The position numbers were made by a program, and so were the translations under genes. The notes under the pieces were generated by a model. The model had not been told where the DNA came from. It did no database searches and was given only the letters and a program-made list of their open reading frames with translations. DNA of 64,000 nt from Octopus sinensis (Eukaryota), in assembly GCF_006345805.1 (NCBI RefSeq), contig NC_043000.1:15438001-15502000 (forward strand). The letters run 5' to 3'. Of the stretch, positions 37,850 to 52,167 are shown piece after piece. Positions within the stretch are counted from its first letter, which is position 1. Every line of letters begins with the position of its first letter.

Positions 37850-38198
37850 TATAGTAAAAGGTAAAGACCCCCTTCGGTCATGAATGACCATGGGATTGCA
37901 CCTAGAAAGTTACCCTCCCAGGCACAAGTCTGGCCAAGGTTGTTTATGGAAGGCCAGCAGTCGCCCATGCATACCAGCCTCCCCTCTCCACGCCACCAGT
38001 GTTATCCAAGGGAAAGACAAAGGTCGATACAGCTTGGCACCAGTGACGTCGCAACTCATTTCTACAGCTGAGTGAACTGGAGCAACGTGAAATAAAGTGT
38101 CTTGCTCGAGAACACAACACGCAGCCCGGTCCGGGATTCGAGCTCACAACCTCACGATCATAAGCTCGACGCTCTAACCACTGAGCCATGCGCCTTCA
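37850..38198 (-). mobile_element. tRNA-derived CORE-like SINE, family C
   Basis: tRNA-like head, then gttgtgttc(t)cgagcaagacactttatttcac...gctccagttcactcagctg. Other copies at about 10150-10400, 24280-24525, 45675-45990, 62140-62375(-). Confidence 0.7.
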
Positions 38199-38230
38199 CT
38201 ATTATATATATATACATATATATATATATA

Positions 38231-38268
<38 letters not shown>

Positions 38269-38764
38269 TATATGTATGTATATATATATATATGTGTGTG
38301 TCTTTGTGTCTGTGTTTGTTTCCCCCTTACCACTTGACAACCAGTGTTGGTGTGTTTACATCCCCTAACTTAGCAGTTCGACAAAAGAGACCAATGAATA
38401 AATACTAGGCCTAAGAAATAAATCTTAAGGTCGATTTGTTCAACTAAAAAACCCTTCAAAGTGATGCCCCAGCACGTCCACAGTCAAACAATTAAAAGAA
38501 TACATACACACACACAAACATACAACGGGCTTCTTTCAGTTTCCATCCACCAAATCCACTCACAGGGTTTTGGTCAGCCCACTGCTATAGTAGAAGACCC
38601 TTATTGAAGGTACCACACAGTGGGACTGAACTCGGAACTATGTGGTTGGGATGCAAGGTTCTTACCATACAGCCACACATGTGCCTATAGAAGCTATTTT
38701 TGTGAAAAATTCATATATTACATGTGAATATACAGATATTATTGTGGAAAAATCTAGATATAGA

Positions 38765-38921
38765 TATGGCTGTGTGGTAAGTAGCTTGTTTACCAACCAC
38801 ATGGTTCCGGGTTCAGTCCCACTGCGTGGCACCTTGGGCAAGTGTCTTCTACTATAGCCTCGGGCCGACCAAAGCCTTGTGAGTGGATTTGGTAGACGGA
38901 AACTGAAAGAAGCCTGTCGTA

Positions 38922-38962
<41 letters not shown>

Positions 38963-39195
38963 TATATGTATGTGTGTGTGTGTGTTTGTGTGTCCGTGTT
39001 TGTCCCCCTAGCATTGCTTGACAACCGATGCTGGTGTGTTTACGTCCCTGTCACTTAGCGGTTCAGCAAAAGAGACCGATAGAATAAGTACTGGGCTTAC
39101 AAAGAATAAGTCCCGGGGTCGATTTGCTCGACTAAAGGCGGTGCTCCAGCATGGCCGCAGTCGAATGACTGAAATAAGTAAAAGAGTAAAAGAGA
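38765..39195 (+). mobile_element. SINE family A, full-length copy
   Basis: Complete head, internal (TA)n/(TG)n and tail; highly similar to the other copies. Confidence 0.85.
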
Positions 39196-39474
39196 GAGAG
39201 TATATATCACACACATATGAAGGAAGACTGCATCCTTCAAAACTTCCATGCTTCCTGAGATTCGCCAACACTACACCTGATTTTCTCCCCTCCATACACA
39301 CACAGGCATGTATCTGACTCATACATTGTTCGCTTTCCAGACATTTCTACATTACTGCATATACTTTATATGCACTTTTGACAAGTTGTGGTGCACCTGA
39401 GCACTGTATACAATAATTTCATTATTATTATTATTTTATATGTTGATTTTATTTAATTTGGAACAGGTACTTAC

Positions 39475-39609
39475 TTCCATCTTTCTCTTTGCGAATAAAA
39501 CATGTTTTTGTGACATTGCACTCAACTGTTGCTACAGCTTCAGGAAATGGTGAATCAACAGAACTGGCACAGTAAGGGTTCCAACTGGTGCAGTCGTAAC
39601 ATATTGTGG
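39475..39609 (-). CDS. LU (Ly6/uPAR three-finger) domain 1, first-half exon: xTICYDCTSWNPYCASSVDSPFPEAVATVECNVTKTCFIRKEKDG
   Basis: Acceptor tttctctttactatag|CC, donor GGAA|gtaagt, 135 nt, phase 1-1, open; 5 Cys with CxxC start typical of LU domains; homologous to exon 8851-8982 (CFIRK motif). Confidence 0.88.
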
Positions 39610-39811
39610 CTATAGTAAAGAGAAAAATAAAATAAAAAAGAAACTGTGTCTTTATTTCAAGTGTTTGTTACTGAGTATGTTTTAATACAAATCTTAAGTA
39701 CTGTCTATGAAAATATAGGTAACAACACAGTGAACAAGGATCTTTCCTGTATGAAGCTTGTTCACTTTTCCTGACCCTCTTATGGAAAACATGACCATTC
39801 AACCTTCTTAT

Positions 39812-39814
<3 letters not shown>

Positions 39815-39847
<33 letters not shown>

Positions 39848-40215
39848 TTTTAGCGTCCGTTCTCCATGCTAGCATGGGTTGGACGGTTCGACCGGGGATC
39901 TGGGAAGCCAGAAGGCAGCACTAGGCTCCAGTCTTATCTGGCAATGTTTCTACGGCTGGATGCCCTTCCTAACGCCAACCACTCCGTAAGTGTAGTGGGT
40001 GCTTTTTACGTGCCACCTGCACTGGTGCCAGGCGAGGCTGGCATCGGCCACGGTCGGATTGGTGCAATTTACGTGCCACCGGCACGGAAGCCAGTCGAGG
40101 CGGCGCTGGCATCGGCTACGAGTCGGATAGTGCTTTTTACATACCACCAGTCCAGGGGTCCTGGCATCTGCCGGGTGCCAGTCATAGGATTGGTTCAATT
40201 TCGATTTCGATTTCG
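39815..40215 (-). mobile_element. 5'-truncated RTE 3'-UTR copy (representative of about 15 copies)
   Basis: Matches 6400-6872 including the (GAT)n tail. Others at about 13800-14080, 17540-18000, 19150-19370, 20450-20770, 26900-27195, 43190-43450, 43860-44200, 46150-46690, 48800-49160, 52300-52710, 60980-61140. Confidence 0.85.
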
Positions 40216-40567
40216 ATTTCACTTAATGAAATCAATATTTATAAAATGGAAGATTAACAAACTATTTGAACTCATTTCTCTAGATTTAAAATTCAATTCC
40301 CACCAGGGATCAATAAGATTACGACCAATATAACAACAACAACAATAATAATAATCCTTTCTACTATAGGCACAAGTTCTGAAATTTTGGAGAAGGGGTT
40401 AAGTCAATTACATTGACCCCAGTGATTAACTGGTACTTATTTTATCAACCATTACAGAATGAAAGACAAAGTCAACCTTGGCAGAATTTGAACTTGGAAT
40501 GCAAAAACAGACATGATGCCACTAAGCATTTTGTTGAGTGCGCTGATGATTCTGCTAACTTACTACC

Positions 40568-40620
<53 letters not shown>

Positions 40621-41142
40621 CAAAGCCAATAAACCAGATATTGTTGTGAAAGACAAAAACAATAAAGTTTGCTTATTGATTGACATGAGCATCCCCTGTG
40701 ATCATAATATCTCGGCGAAAGAGTTTGACAAGCTCAGAAAATATAAAGACCTGCTCATTGAAATTGAGAAAATGTGGCATCTCAAGGCGGTTACAATACC
40801 AGTGATCGTAGGAGCACTAGGAATGATCAAGAAGGGAACCGAAAATTATATGAGAATGATCCCTGGCTTACCATCCCTGAAAGAAGTGCAAAAGATTGTC
40901 TTAACTGGTACATCACACGTATTGAGAAGTGCATTGTCGCTGTGAGAACTATTACTACCCATGTATTTTAATTTAACTTTAAAAAAAAAATTAAAAAATG
41001 AACGAACTATTGAGTTTAGTTTAATGGCCTACCAATGTATACTATGAGTTTCTTTGCCCTAGGAGTCGGGAAGACACTCGGCAAGAAATGGAAGCAAATT
41101 TGAAAGAAGAAGAAAAAAATAATAATAATAATAATAATAATA
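40621..41142 (+). mobile_element. 5'-truncated R4/Dong-like RLE LINE inside a (TAA)n microsatellite
   Basis: KPDIVV...LIDMSIP...KLRKYKDL...IPVIVGALG endonuclease C-terminus; (TAA)n on both sides. Confidence 0.8.
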
Positions 41143-41630
41143 AGATGGGCTAGAGTAAATATTCTGCTCAATACCACAGATTTGCTTACCAGTTGTTTGA
41201 CCATAACCAGTTGAGCATGACCCTTGGTGGCTGACGATATGTGCATCTCTGATCACGGGCAGAAGTAGTGGGGGAGCATCATAGCCATGCATTGAGAGGA
41301 ATTCTTTGGGGTTTGAATAATTCACCCCTGGAAACATGGGTGATTTGTTCATCATCCTTAAACAAACCTTATTTAGGGACCTTTTGAGTGGGATGGGCTA
41401 CTCAACCCGAAGAAAATTCTAACTAGGCCCCACCTGCAAATTCATGCGCTGTTTATATTGATATGAAATCCACATGTTGCATTCATATGGTTGTGATACA
41501 TGTGCCTTGTATACACTTGTCAGACAAGAAGTCATGATGGGTATTTTGGGCTTCATATAATTGTACCCACGGTATCACTTCAATGGCAGGCACTGCTCTC
41601 TTACTCAATAATAATAATAATAATAATAAT

Positions 41631-41684
<54 letters not shown>

Positions 41685-43074
41685 TCCTACTAAAGGCATA
41701 AGGTCAAAAATTTGTGGAGAGGGGACTAGTCAAATACATTGACCCCAGTGCTCAACTGGTACTTATTTTATTGACTCTGAAAAGATGAAAGGCGAAGTCA
41801 AACTTGGCAGAATTTGAACTCAAAATGTAGTAAAGACAAATGAAATGCCATGAAGCATTTTGCCCACAAATACTAATATCAAGTAAAAATACATATTATA
41901 CATAGATCCCTACATATATACATATATATACACATAATACATATACATACATTTCTTTTCTACTCTTTTCTACACTAGGCACAAGGCCCGAAATTTTTGG
42001 GAAGCGGGGCCAGTCGATTAGATCAACTCCAGTACACAACTGGTACTTAATGCATCGACCCCAATTGGAGGAAAGGTAAAGTTGACCTCAGCGGAATTTG
42101 AACTCAGAACGTAAAGACTGACAAAATACTGCTAAGCATTTTGCCCGGTGTGATAACGTTTCATATTTCTTTATTGCCCACCAGGGGCTAAACACAGAGG
42201 GGACAAACAAGGACAGACAAAGGGATTAAGTCGATTACATCAGCCCCAGTGCGTTACTGGTACTTAATTTATCGACCCTGAAAGGATGAAAAGCAAAGTT
42301 GACCATGGCGGAATTTGAACTCAGAATGTAACGGCAGATGAAATACCTATTACTTACTACCCACAAGGGACTAAACACAGAGGGGACAAACAAGGACAGA
42401 CAAACAGATTAAGTCGATTATATTGACCCCAGTGCGTAACTGCTACTTATTTAATCGACCTCGAAAGGATGAAAGGCAAAGTCGACCTCGGCGGAATTTG
42501 AACTCAGAACATAACGGCAGATGAAATACCGTTTAGCATTTTGCCCGGTGTGCTAACGATTCTGTCAGCTCACCACCTTAATACATATACATACATAATA
42601 TATCTATGTATGTATATGTATATGTTAATAAAAAAATGTCTATAAATTTAATTTACACATACACACACACATACATATATACATATATGTACAGAAATGC
42701 ATTTATATTTATATATGTATGTATTTATGTTTAGGCAAATCATTAATAACTATTATTCCGATGTCATCTGAAAGACAGATGAAACACATTACAAATAACA
42801 ACAAAGTAATATGCCAGCCCGACCAATCTCTCTGTGACACACTGGTATTTTTCCTGTTGATCTAAACATGACATTTGATATGTTTGGGGACTTGTGTCGT
42901 GCAGCTGCAAAGGGTCAGCTTGGGCTTCAAGAGAGTCAAAAATGATTATGACGGTGTGATGACAGTACGCAAAATAAATTTTTAAAATAATAATAATAAT
43001 AATAAAAACGATGACTGCAGTAATGAATATGACAAAAGATGATGATGATGGGAGGTTGTGGTGGTGGTGGTGGT

Positions 43075-43111
<37 letters not shown>

Positions 43112-43760
43112 GTGGTGGTGGTGGTGGTGGTGGTGGTGGTTAATGGAATATGGACTTAGATTGCTGGTTGAAATTGCAATGCTTATCATCATCATCATCA
43201 TCATCATTTAGCGTCCGTTTTCCATGCTAGCATGGGTTGGACGGTTTAACTGGGGTCTGTGAAGCGGGAAGGCTTCATCAGGCCCAGTCAGATTTGGCAG
43301 TGTTTCTACGGCTGGATGCCCTTCCTAACGCCAACCACTCCGCGAGTGTAGTGGGTGTTTTTTACGTGCCACCTGCACAGGTGCCAGACAGAGCTGGCAC
43401 AACGGCCACGAACGGATGGTGCTTTTACATGTCACCGGCACGGGGCCAGGTGATACACAAGCACACACACACATGTGCTGAAGAAAATATACCTTCATTT
43501 TACATTTCTTTAAAATTCTCTTTTACAAATATACGAAAACAAAAATAAAAATTATTCTACCTGTTGGTCATAATTGATTGTGAAAGAGATTCAACGATGG
43601 ATTCTTCCTGGTGGATACTAATGTTTGAGTCACATACACAGAATATATGGTGCACTAACATACAAAAAACACTAACATCACAGACACACGGATACATACT
43701 TAAATACACACACATGCATGCACGCACACATACACACACACACACACACACAAGTACATG

Positions 43761-43800
<40 letters not shown>

Positions 43801-43802
<2 letters not shown>

Positions 43803-44628
43803 CAGTGATCCCTTGCTACTTCGCAAGGATTCACGACTTCATGGATTTTAAAAATATGCATCGCCTTACTGGCACTTGTGCTGGTGGCACGTGAAAAAAC
43901 ATTTGAGCAAAGTCATTTCCAGTGCCGCTGGACTGGCTCCTGTGCAGGTGGCACATAAAAAGCACAATTTGAGCGTGACCGTTGCCAGTACTGCCTGACT
44001 GGCCCTCGTGCCGGTGGCATGTAAAAGCACCCACTACACTCTCGGAGTGGTTGGCATTAGGAAGGGCATCCAGCTGTAGAAACTCTGCCAGATCAGATTG
44101 GAGTTTGGTGCAGCCATCTGGTTTGCCAGCCCTCAGTCAAATTGTCCAACCCATGCTAGCATGGAAAGCAGATGTTAAACGATGATGATAATGATGATGA
44201 TGATTAATGGCTAAAATTTTTCATTAAATCCATTAAAATATTAATAATGAATATTATTTCCTAGTCTAGGAACAACAAAACAAGTATAAAATAGCAAAAA
44301 AGCATATACAGAAGTATTTGAACTTAAGACAGGCTGTGATTGGTGCAATGGAGAGAGACGACGAAACACAGCTTTCTATTTTGTAATCTGGCCTGTGTAA
44401 CAGTAACAATCTTTATTTTTTTAAATCTAAAGTGTTATTGCTTAACAGTTGTCCTTGTTATTAATAGACTACTTTAAAGGGTGGGTTGTTAACAGTACAG
44501 GGAGGGTTTTAAAAGTTCAAATACATGTTAAATAAATACAGTAAATATGGTGTCCCTACTTCATGGAAATTCAGTTATCACGGCCAGCCTCAGAACCAAT
44601 CTACCGCGATAAATGAGGGATAACTGTA
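43801..44628. mobile_element. pogo/Tigger-like element ends
   Basis: tacagtgatcccttgctacttcgc at left and cgcgataaatgagggataactgta at right; interrupted by an RTE tail. Confidence 0.45.
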
Positions 44629-44899
44629 TACAAACACATATAAGGGTGTGTGTATATATACACAGATACATATATACATATGTATGTGTGTGTGTTTGTG
44701 TGTATCCTTGTCTTGATATTATGTGATGGTTGTAAACAAGCATCACTGTCATACAAGCAGTGTTGCTTCGTTCCAGTCTTTCATGATAAACATGTCTGGC
44801 CTGAGAAATAGGTGAGGGTTATTGTTCAGAAAGAATCCAACCATAGAAAATCTGCCTCATTGAATTCCGTCTCACTCATGGAAACATGGAAAAGTGGAC

Positions 44900-45200
44900 A
44901 TTAAGAAAACACATTGAAAATGCGATAATTTGAGAGCAGAAAGAATGATGTGATTGCAGAGTACCAGAAACACATGTTCTGCTGGGCCAGACATGTCACA
45001 AGGTTAACAGATAATAAGTGGACCTGTGCAGTTGCTGAGTGGCATCCAGGAGATTAGAAAAGGCCACTTGGAAGACCTCCATGATAATGGGAAGACAATT
45101 TGGTCAAGCAATTTGGGAAAAGAATGGAACAATTAAGACAAATTTGGAAGTGCATTGTGACCAATGGTGTGTAACAACATCTGATGGCCTAGTCAATACT
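44900..45200 (+). mobile_element. Old RTE-clade LINE C-terminal fragment
   Basis: WARHVTRLTDNKWT...EWHP...KRPLGRPP with stops. Confidence 0.6.
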
Positions 45201-45236
45201 GTGATACTGTGATACATACATACATGCATACATACA

Positions 45237-45284
<48 letters not shown>

Positions 45285-45300
45285 ATAGTGTACATTTAAA

Positions 45301-45560
45301 CACGCTAGGAGACAGTCAAAATGACTTAAGACCACAAAAATATTTAAGCAATTTCAAAGGGAATGAAAAATAAAAACTTTTACCTTGTTTTTACAGTTAT
45401 GCCTAAAGGTTTCGGATTTTTTTAGTAAATAAAATAAAATAAATCCGAAACCTATAGGTATAACCGTAAAAACAAGGTAAAAGTTTTTATTTTTCATTCC
45501 CTTTGAAATTGCTTAAATTTTTTTTGTGGTCTTAAGTTGTTTTGAGAGTCCCCTTGCGTA
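45301..45560. repeat. Long palindrome, arms of about 120 bp, loop of about 20 nt
   Basis: Arms 45301-45420 and 45441-45560 are largely complementary. Confidence 0.85.
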
Positions 45561-46690
45561 TAGAAATTACCTGTTATAGGTAAATTTCTCTTTGTGTTTA
45601 AATGTACGCTATTTTATACATGCAAGGCCGCTGGTAATAAATTTGTTAAAATTTAATACCCTATATATATAGTGTAGGTGCATGGCTCAGTGGTTAGGGC
45701 ATTGGACTCACAATCATGACCGTGACTCACGAGGTAGTGAGTTTGATTCCCAGACCGGGTCGTGTGTTGTGTTCTTGAGCCAGACACTTTATTTTCATGT
45801 TGCTCCAGTTCACTCAGCTGTTGAAATGAGTTGTGATGTCACTGGTGCCAAGCTGTATCGGCCCCTTTGCCTTTCCTTTGGGTAACATCAGTGGCATGGA
45901 GACAGGAAGCTGGTATGCATGGCCAACTGTTAGTCATCCATAACAACTTTGCCTGGACTTGTCGTTTTGAGGGTAACTTTCTAGGTGCAAGGGAGTCTTT
46001 ACCCTTTGCCCTTTATATGTGTGTGTGTAAGTGGACAAAAGAAAGAAAAAGGCACAGTTTGATTTGGTTCTATGCAACTTAAAGTTTCACGGGCCTCTAA
46101 CAGAAACTCATCTCCGTTAGGCTTAGGTTAGCAATTATTTGGTATCAGCATCATCATTTAACATCTGTTGTCCATGCTGGCATGGGTTTGATGATTTGAA
46201 CCGGGGCTGGAAGGCTGCACCGGACTCCAGTCTGATTTGGCTTGTTTTCTATGATTGGATGCCCTTCCTAATGCCAACCACTCCAAGAGTGTAATGGGTG
46301 CTTTTACATGCATCTGTACATATTTGTATATAAATAAATCAGTATCATGTATATGTAATATATATATATATATATATATATATATCATCATCATCATCAT
46401 CATCATTTAACGTCCATTCTCCATGCTAGCATGGGTTGGACGGTTCGACCGGGGATCTGGGAAGCCAGAAGGCTGCACCAGGCTCCGGTCTTATCTGGCA
46501 ATGTTTCTACAGCTGGATGCCCTTCCTAATGCCAACCACTCCGTGAGTGTAGTGGGTGCTTTTTACATGCCACCTGCACTGGTGCCAGGCGAGGCTGGCA
46601 TCGGCCACGGTCGGATTGGTGCATTTTACATGCCACCTGCACGGAAGCCAGTTGAGGCGGCGCTGGCATCGGCCATGATTCGGATAGTGC

Positions 46691-46740
<50 letters not shown>

Positions 46741-47028
46741 TACATATAATTTATATGCCACAGAAGATTATTACCTCTAACAGCTGGTATGATATTTTTA
46801 AGACTGAGTCAATGGGTAATGAAAAGCTCAAAATAGTCCTTCTTGACAGCACCTTTCATACAAAAGAAATCTTTTCTTTACAACATTGCAACTGAGAAGC
46901 CTGTGAAATTCAACTTTAAAACTCCAATCTAAAAGAGGCTACCATGAACATATACACAAATACATACATACATGCGTACATATATTCACACATGCATATA
47001 CATACGTATATGTGTGTACATATATGTA

Positions 47029-47069
<41 letters not shown>

Positions 47070-48497
47070 GCACACACACACACAAACGTGCATATAATTC
47101 ATATGCTGCAGGGGATTATTATCATGCATAGGACAATAAAACCTTATATGACCTTAAGATTGCTCAATGGATAATGAAAATATGTGTATATATATATACA
47201 TATTGTGTGTGTGTGTGTATGGATATGTATATATATATTTATATATATATACACACACTCACACATATATATATAATATATGCATATATATAATATATAC
47301 ATATATATATATATATACATACACACACACACATAAATATATACACACATATATACACACACACACAGACACCTATTAAATTATATGGTAAATGAGTGAA
47401 GGGTTGTGGAGCATGCTATAGGGAACACAAGGCAGTCATCTTTTATTTATTTTTCTCTTCATAAAATTTTTCACTTTAATATCGCTAGACAGGTGTCTAC
47501 ACAAAACAGGTAATATAAATCCAATCAGAAAGAGACACATACGCATGCACACACACACACACACACACACACAGATGCATATAAAAATATATAACATCAT
47601 TACAGCATACATAAATGCATACATATGCAAACATACATACACATATATATGCACCTGTTCCTACACACGCATATGCAAAGCTAATGAAACAGGTACACTC
47701 ATGCACTAGTGATATGCACACCCATTGCATGAATACAAGTCTATCTGCACCAACACCAACACCAACACCGGTAGACATGCACACCCTCAACCACTCACAT
47801 TGTCACAAACCCCAGAATCTGTCTTGCTTCAAGCAAAGAAGCTGTGTCACTTTGTTGGTGGCCATTTTAAATTCTGCAAAGAAGAACTTATATTTTTTTT
47901 GTCTTCTATCTTTTAGTTGTTTCAGTCATTAGACTGTGGCCATGCTGGGGCACTGCATTGAATAATTTTAGTTGAATGAATCAACCCCAGTACTTGTTTT
48001 TTAATTTTTTTCTTTTTTTTTTTTTTTGGAAAGCTTGGTACCTATTCTATCAGTCTCTTTTGCTGAACCGCTAAGTTACAGGATGTAAACACACCAACAC
48101 TGGTTGTCAAATGGCGGTAGTGGGCGAAGGCAGACATAAAGACATACACACATGTGTGCACATACACACACACACATGTGCGCGCGTGCACACACATACA
48201 CACACACACAATAGGCTTCTTTCAGTTTCTCTCTACCAAAACCACTCAAAAGGCTCTGGTCAGCCTAAAGCTGTATTAGAAGATACTCGCCCAAGATGTC
48301 ACACAGTGAAACTGAACCCAGAACCATGTGGTTGAGAAGCTAACTTCTTACCTCACAGACATGCCTTAAATAAATTTCAAAGAAAAATATGCTAGCGCAC
48401 ACACACACACACACACACACACACCGGAGTAAGCACATAAATGTGAAACAAGGTGGAAAAAAGAGTACTCAAATACCAGAGGTAGAGTAATATGCCT

Positions 48498-48768
<271 letters not shown>

Positions 48769-50469
48769 TTTCATTTGTGCTTAACATCATAAGACAATGT
48801 CATCATCATCATCATCGTTTAACGTCCGTTCTCCATGCTAGCATGGGTTGGACGGTTCGACCGGGGATCTGGGAAGCCAGAAGGCTGCACCAGGCTCTGG
48901 TCTTATCTGGCAAAGTCTCTACAGCTGGATGCCCTTCCTAACGCCAACCACTCCGTGAGTGTAGTGGGTGCTTTTTACGTGCCACCTGCACTGGTGCCAG
49001 GCGAGGCTGGCATCAGCCACGGTCGGATTGGTGCATTTTACGTGCCACCGGCACGGAAGCCAGTCGAGGCGACACTGGCTTCAGCCACGATTCGGATGGT
49101 GCTTTTTACGTGCCACCGACATGGAAGCCAGTCGAGGCGGCGCTGGCATTGGCCATGATTATGGATTTTCCCCCCAAATCTGAAAAGGTCAAGATTCTCT
49201 AAGAAAGAGTAAAAGAAACTGAGGTGTGTCCAGCAAATCCAACCTATTAGTGAGATAGTAAAATTTTATAAGATATTCCAAAGTTCCTCCATCTGAGGTT
49301 CTTTATTTGAATATATGCACACACTTTGTTGGGTGCACTTTGTTGTATACAAAGACACATATGTAAAAAGCACTGATGCATGTCCCATTATTCACACATG
49401 TGCAATACACAATTGCCTAAGTACTAAAGAGACACATTCACAATGGAGATAAGTGCAGGTGCATAAACCAGCATATATGCATATACCAGCTCGACCGCAT
49501 ATTTACAAACCCTCCCACGGACTCTCTTAATTCAAAAGGTCTTATCACTTTGTTATCAACTGGTTTGAACTCAATTAAGACGTACTCAAATAAATCTTAA
49601 AGAAAAACATACATACATACATAGATACAAACATACATACATACATATAAACATACATACATACATACAAACATACATACAAACATACATACAAACATAC
49701 ATACATACAATCATACATACATACAATCATACATATATACATACATATAAACATACATACATACAAACATACATACATACATGCATACGTACATGCATAC
49801 ATACATACATAACACCTTAATATCTTATCTATGTTTGTAATATATGTATGAAAATCATATATGTATACATTCATATATATATATGCATACATACATACAT
49901 ACATACATACATACATACATACATACATACATACATACATACATACATACATACATGCTTACATGCATGCATTAGAAACATGAGATACAGAAACTTCCAA
50001 GCTATCAAGATAAGATAAATTTTAAAAATATGAACTGAACCATGTTTGTGAGGCAGATATAAGAAAATGTCTAAAGATATTGGGGAAAAAGAATAATCTT
50101 CATATAAACATTAAAACGAAACAAAAATTACCAATAATAATAATAATATATCTGAACTTTTTCCAGAATCGCTCCCTTTCTAATTTTGGAGATGGAGAAA
50201 TTCATTTTGATAAATATAAGAGTTTTTCTCTAACGATATTGGAAATAGAAATTTGAATGCAAATCCAAATTAAATTTGCATCAATAAAATATATTAGTAT
50301 CAAGTAATGAAAGCAAACAAAATAAAACTTAAATTTTTTTCTTAGAGAATAACCTCTTTTTAAAATTGTGTCTCAGTGTTTGACTTCAAGTTGCAATAAT
50401 TTCCTCCTAATGGGGTCAAGGTACAGGTTTGTATCCTTTCACTAGAAAATACATTGAGTATGTAGTTCA

Positions 50470-51445
50470 CACTACTTAGCTATAAATATGTTCCACTTTA
50501 GGACTTCTTGCTGATTTGAATAGCAGCTGTATAAAATTAATACATGCTCTACTAACTTATAGTGTGAGTATCAACTATTTCTACAAATACATTTTCAAGA
50601 GCAATATGCTCTACTTGATTGAGTTGCCTTAGACTTCATGCTCTTGAAGTCTTCACTGGAGACCCTGTGACTCAATAGATTAGTTATAAATATGTCCAAC
50701 TTTAGAACGTCTTGGTATTTTGAATAGCAGCTGTATAAAATTAATAACTGTGAAATTCAACCATTTCTACAAATACATTTTGAGGAGTAATAGGCCCAGC
50801 TTGTTTGAAGTCTTCACTGGTGACACTGTGACCCAATAGATTAGCTATAAATATGTACCACTTTAAAATTTGTTGCTGTTTTGAATAGCAGCTGTATAAA
50901 ATTAATACATGCTCTACAAAATTACAGTACAAGATTTAACCATTTCTGAAAATACATTCTGAAGAACAATGGATGGATGGAAGCACTCCGTCGGTTACGA
51001 CGATGAGGGTTCCGGTTGATCCGATCAACAGAACAGCCTGCTTGTGAAATTAATGTGTAAGTGGCTGAGCACTCCACAGACACGTGTACCCTTAACATAG
51101 TTCTCGGGGATATTCAGCGTGACACAGAGAGTGACAAGGCCGGCCCTTTGAAATACAGGTACAACAGAAACAGGAAGTAAGAGTGAGAGAAGTTGTGGTG
51201 AAAGAGTACAGCAGGGATCACCACCAACCCTGCCGGAGCCTCGTGGAGCTTTAGGTGTTTTCGCTCAATAAACACTCACAACGCCTGGTCTGGGAATCGA
51301 AACCGCGATCCTACGACCGCGAGTCCGCTGCCCTAACCACTGGGCCATTGCGCCTCCACAGAAGAACAATAGGCTCTGCTTGATTGAGTTGCCTTAGACT
51401 TCATGTTCTTGAAGTCTTCATTGGTGATCCTGTGATCCAATTGAT
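50470..51445. repeat. Degenerate minisatellite, three units of 160-205 bp, third unit split by a SINE
   Basis: ttag(c/t)tataaatatg...gaatagcagctgtataaaattaata at 50476, 50680 and 50841. Confidence 0.8.
50971..51360 (-). mobile_element. SINE family D with 10-bp TSD
   Basis: TSD gaagaacaat at 50961-50970 and 51361-51370; (ATCC)n tail; near-identical to 33153-33538. Confidence 0.85.
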
Positions 51446-52105
51446 TAAGGAACTAACCACTGCCCACTTCTTAGTTTCAGTTAAGAGCTAAGTTTTATGA
51501 ATTTGAAACTCACCACCCTGTATCCCACCAAACTGAGAAAAATAAAATAAATAAAATAAGTAAAAGCATCCATGCAGGGGCTATGTAAAAGCACTTGTGC
51601 CAGTAAGAGCACTAAAAACACTATAAAGTGGTTGGCATTTGGAAGGGTATCCAACCATAGAAACCATGCCATTTTAGTGATGTAAATGGAACCCGAATAA
51701 TTCTTCTGTCTATTTTTGCAAGGCATCATCATCATTGTCATTCAACGTCGATTTTCCATGCTGGTATGGGTTGCACGGTTTTACAGGTAACAATCCAATT
51801 ACACAAACCACAGTTACCATCTCTGAAGAGCACAAGGTTACATAATTGGACTATTACATAACACTCCATCAATCCCCTAATGTGAAACCAATTGGTAAGA
51901 TTGGCAGCAATGGATATATAATACTGTACACTTCTATTTATATATGTATGTATATATATATACATACATACATACATACATACAGAGTGAGACAGAGAAA
52001 TGCTCACATGTACAGCTAATTGAGTATAGATACCTGGACATTTATAAAAATGTCTATGCATGCAGATAAGTTGATGCATATATATTGATGTCTTTACATA
52101 CAAAA

Positions 52106-52152
<47 letters not shown>

Positions 52153-52167
52153 GCATTCATATATATA

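Noticed and set aside
44266-44392. Hydrophobic stop-terminated minus-strand frame (…KYFCICFFAILYLFCCS*) resembling a third GPI exon
   Set aside because: Phase 2, no upstream LU exons found in 44.4-64 kb, and it lies between Tigger-like ends.
46775-46900. 126-nt minus-strand segment with good splice sites
   Set aside because: All three frames are closed; it could only be a non-coding exon, which I cannot support.
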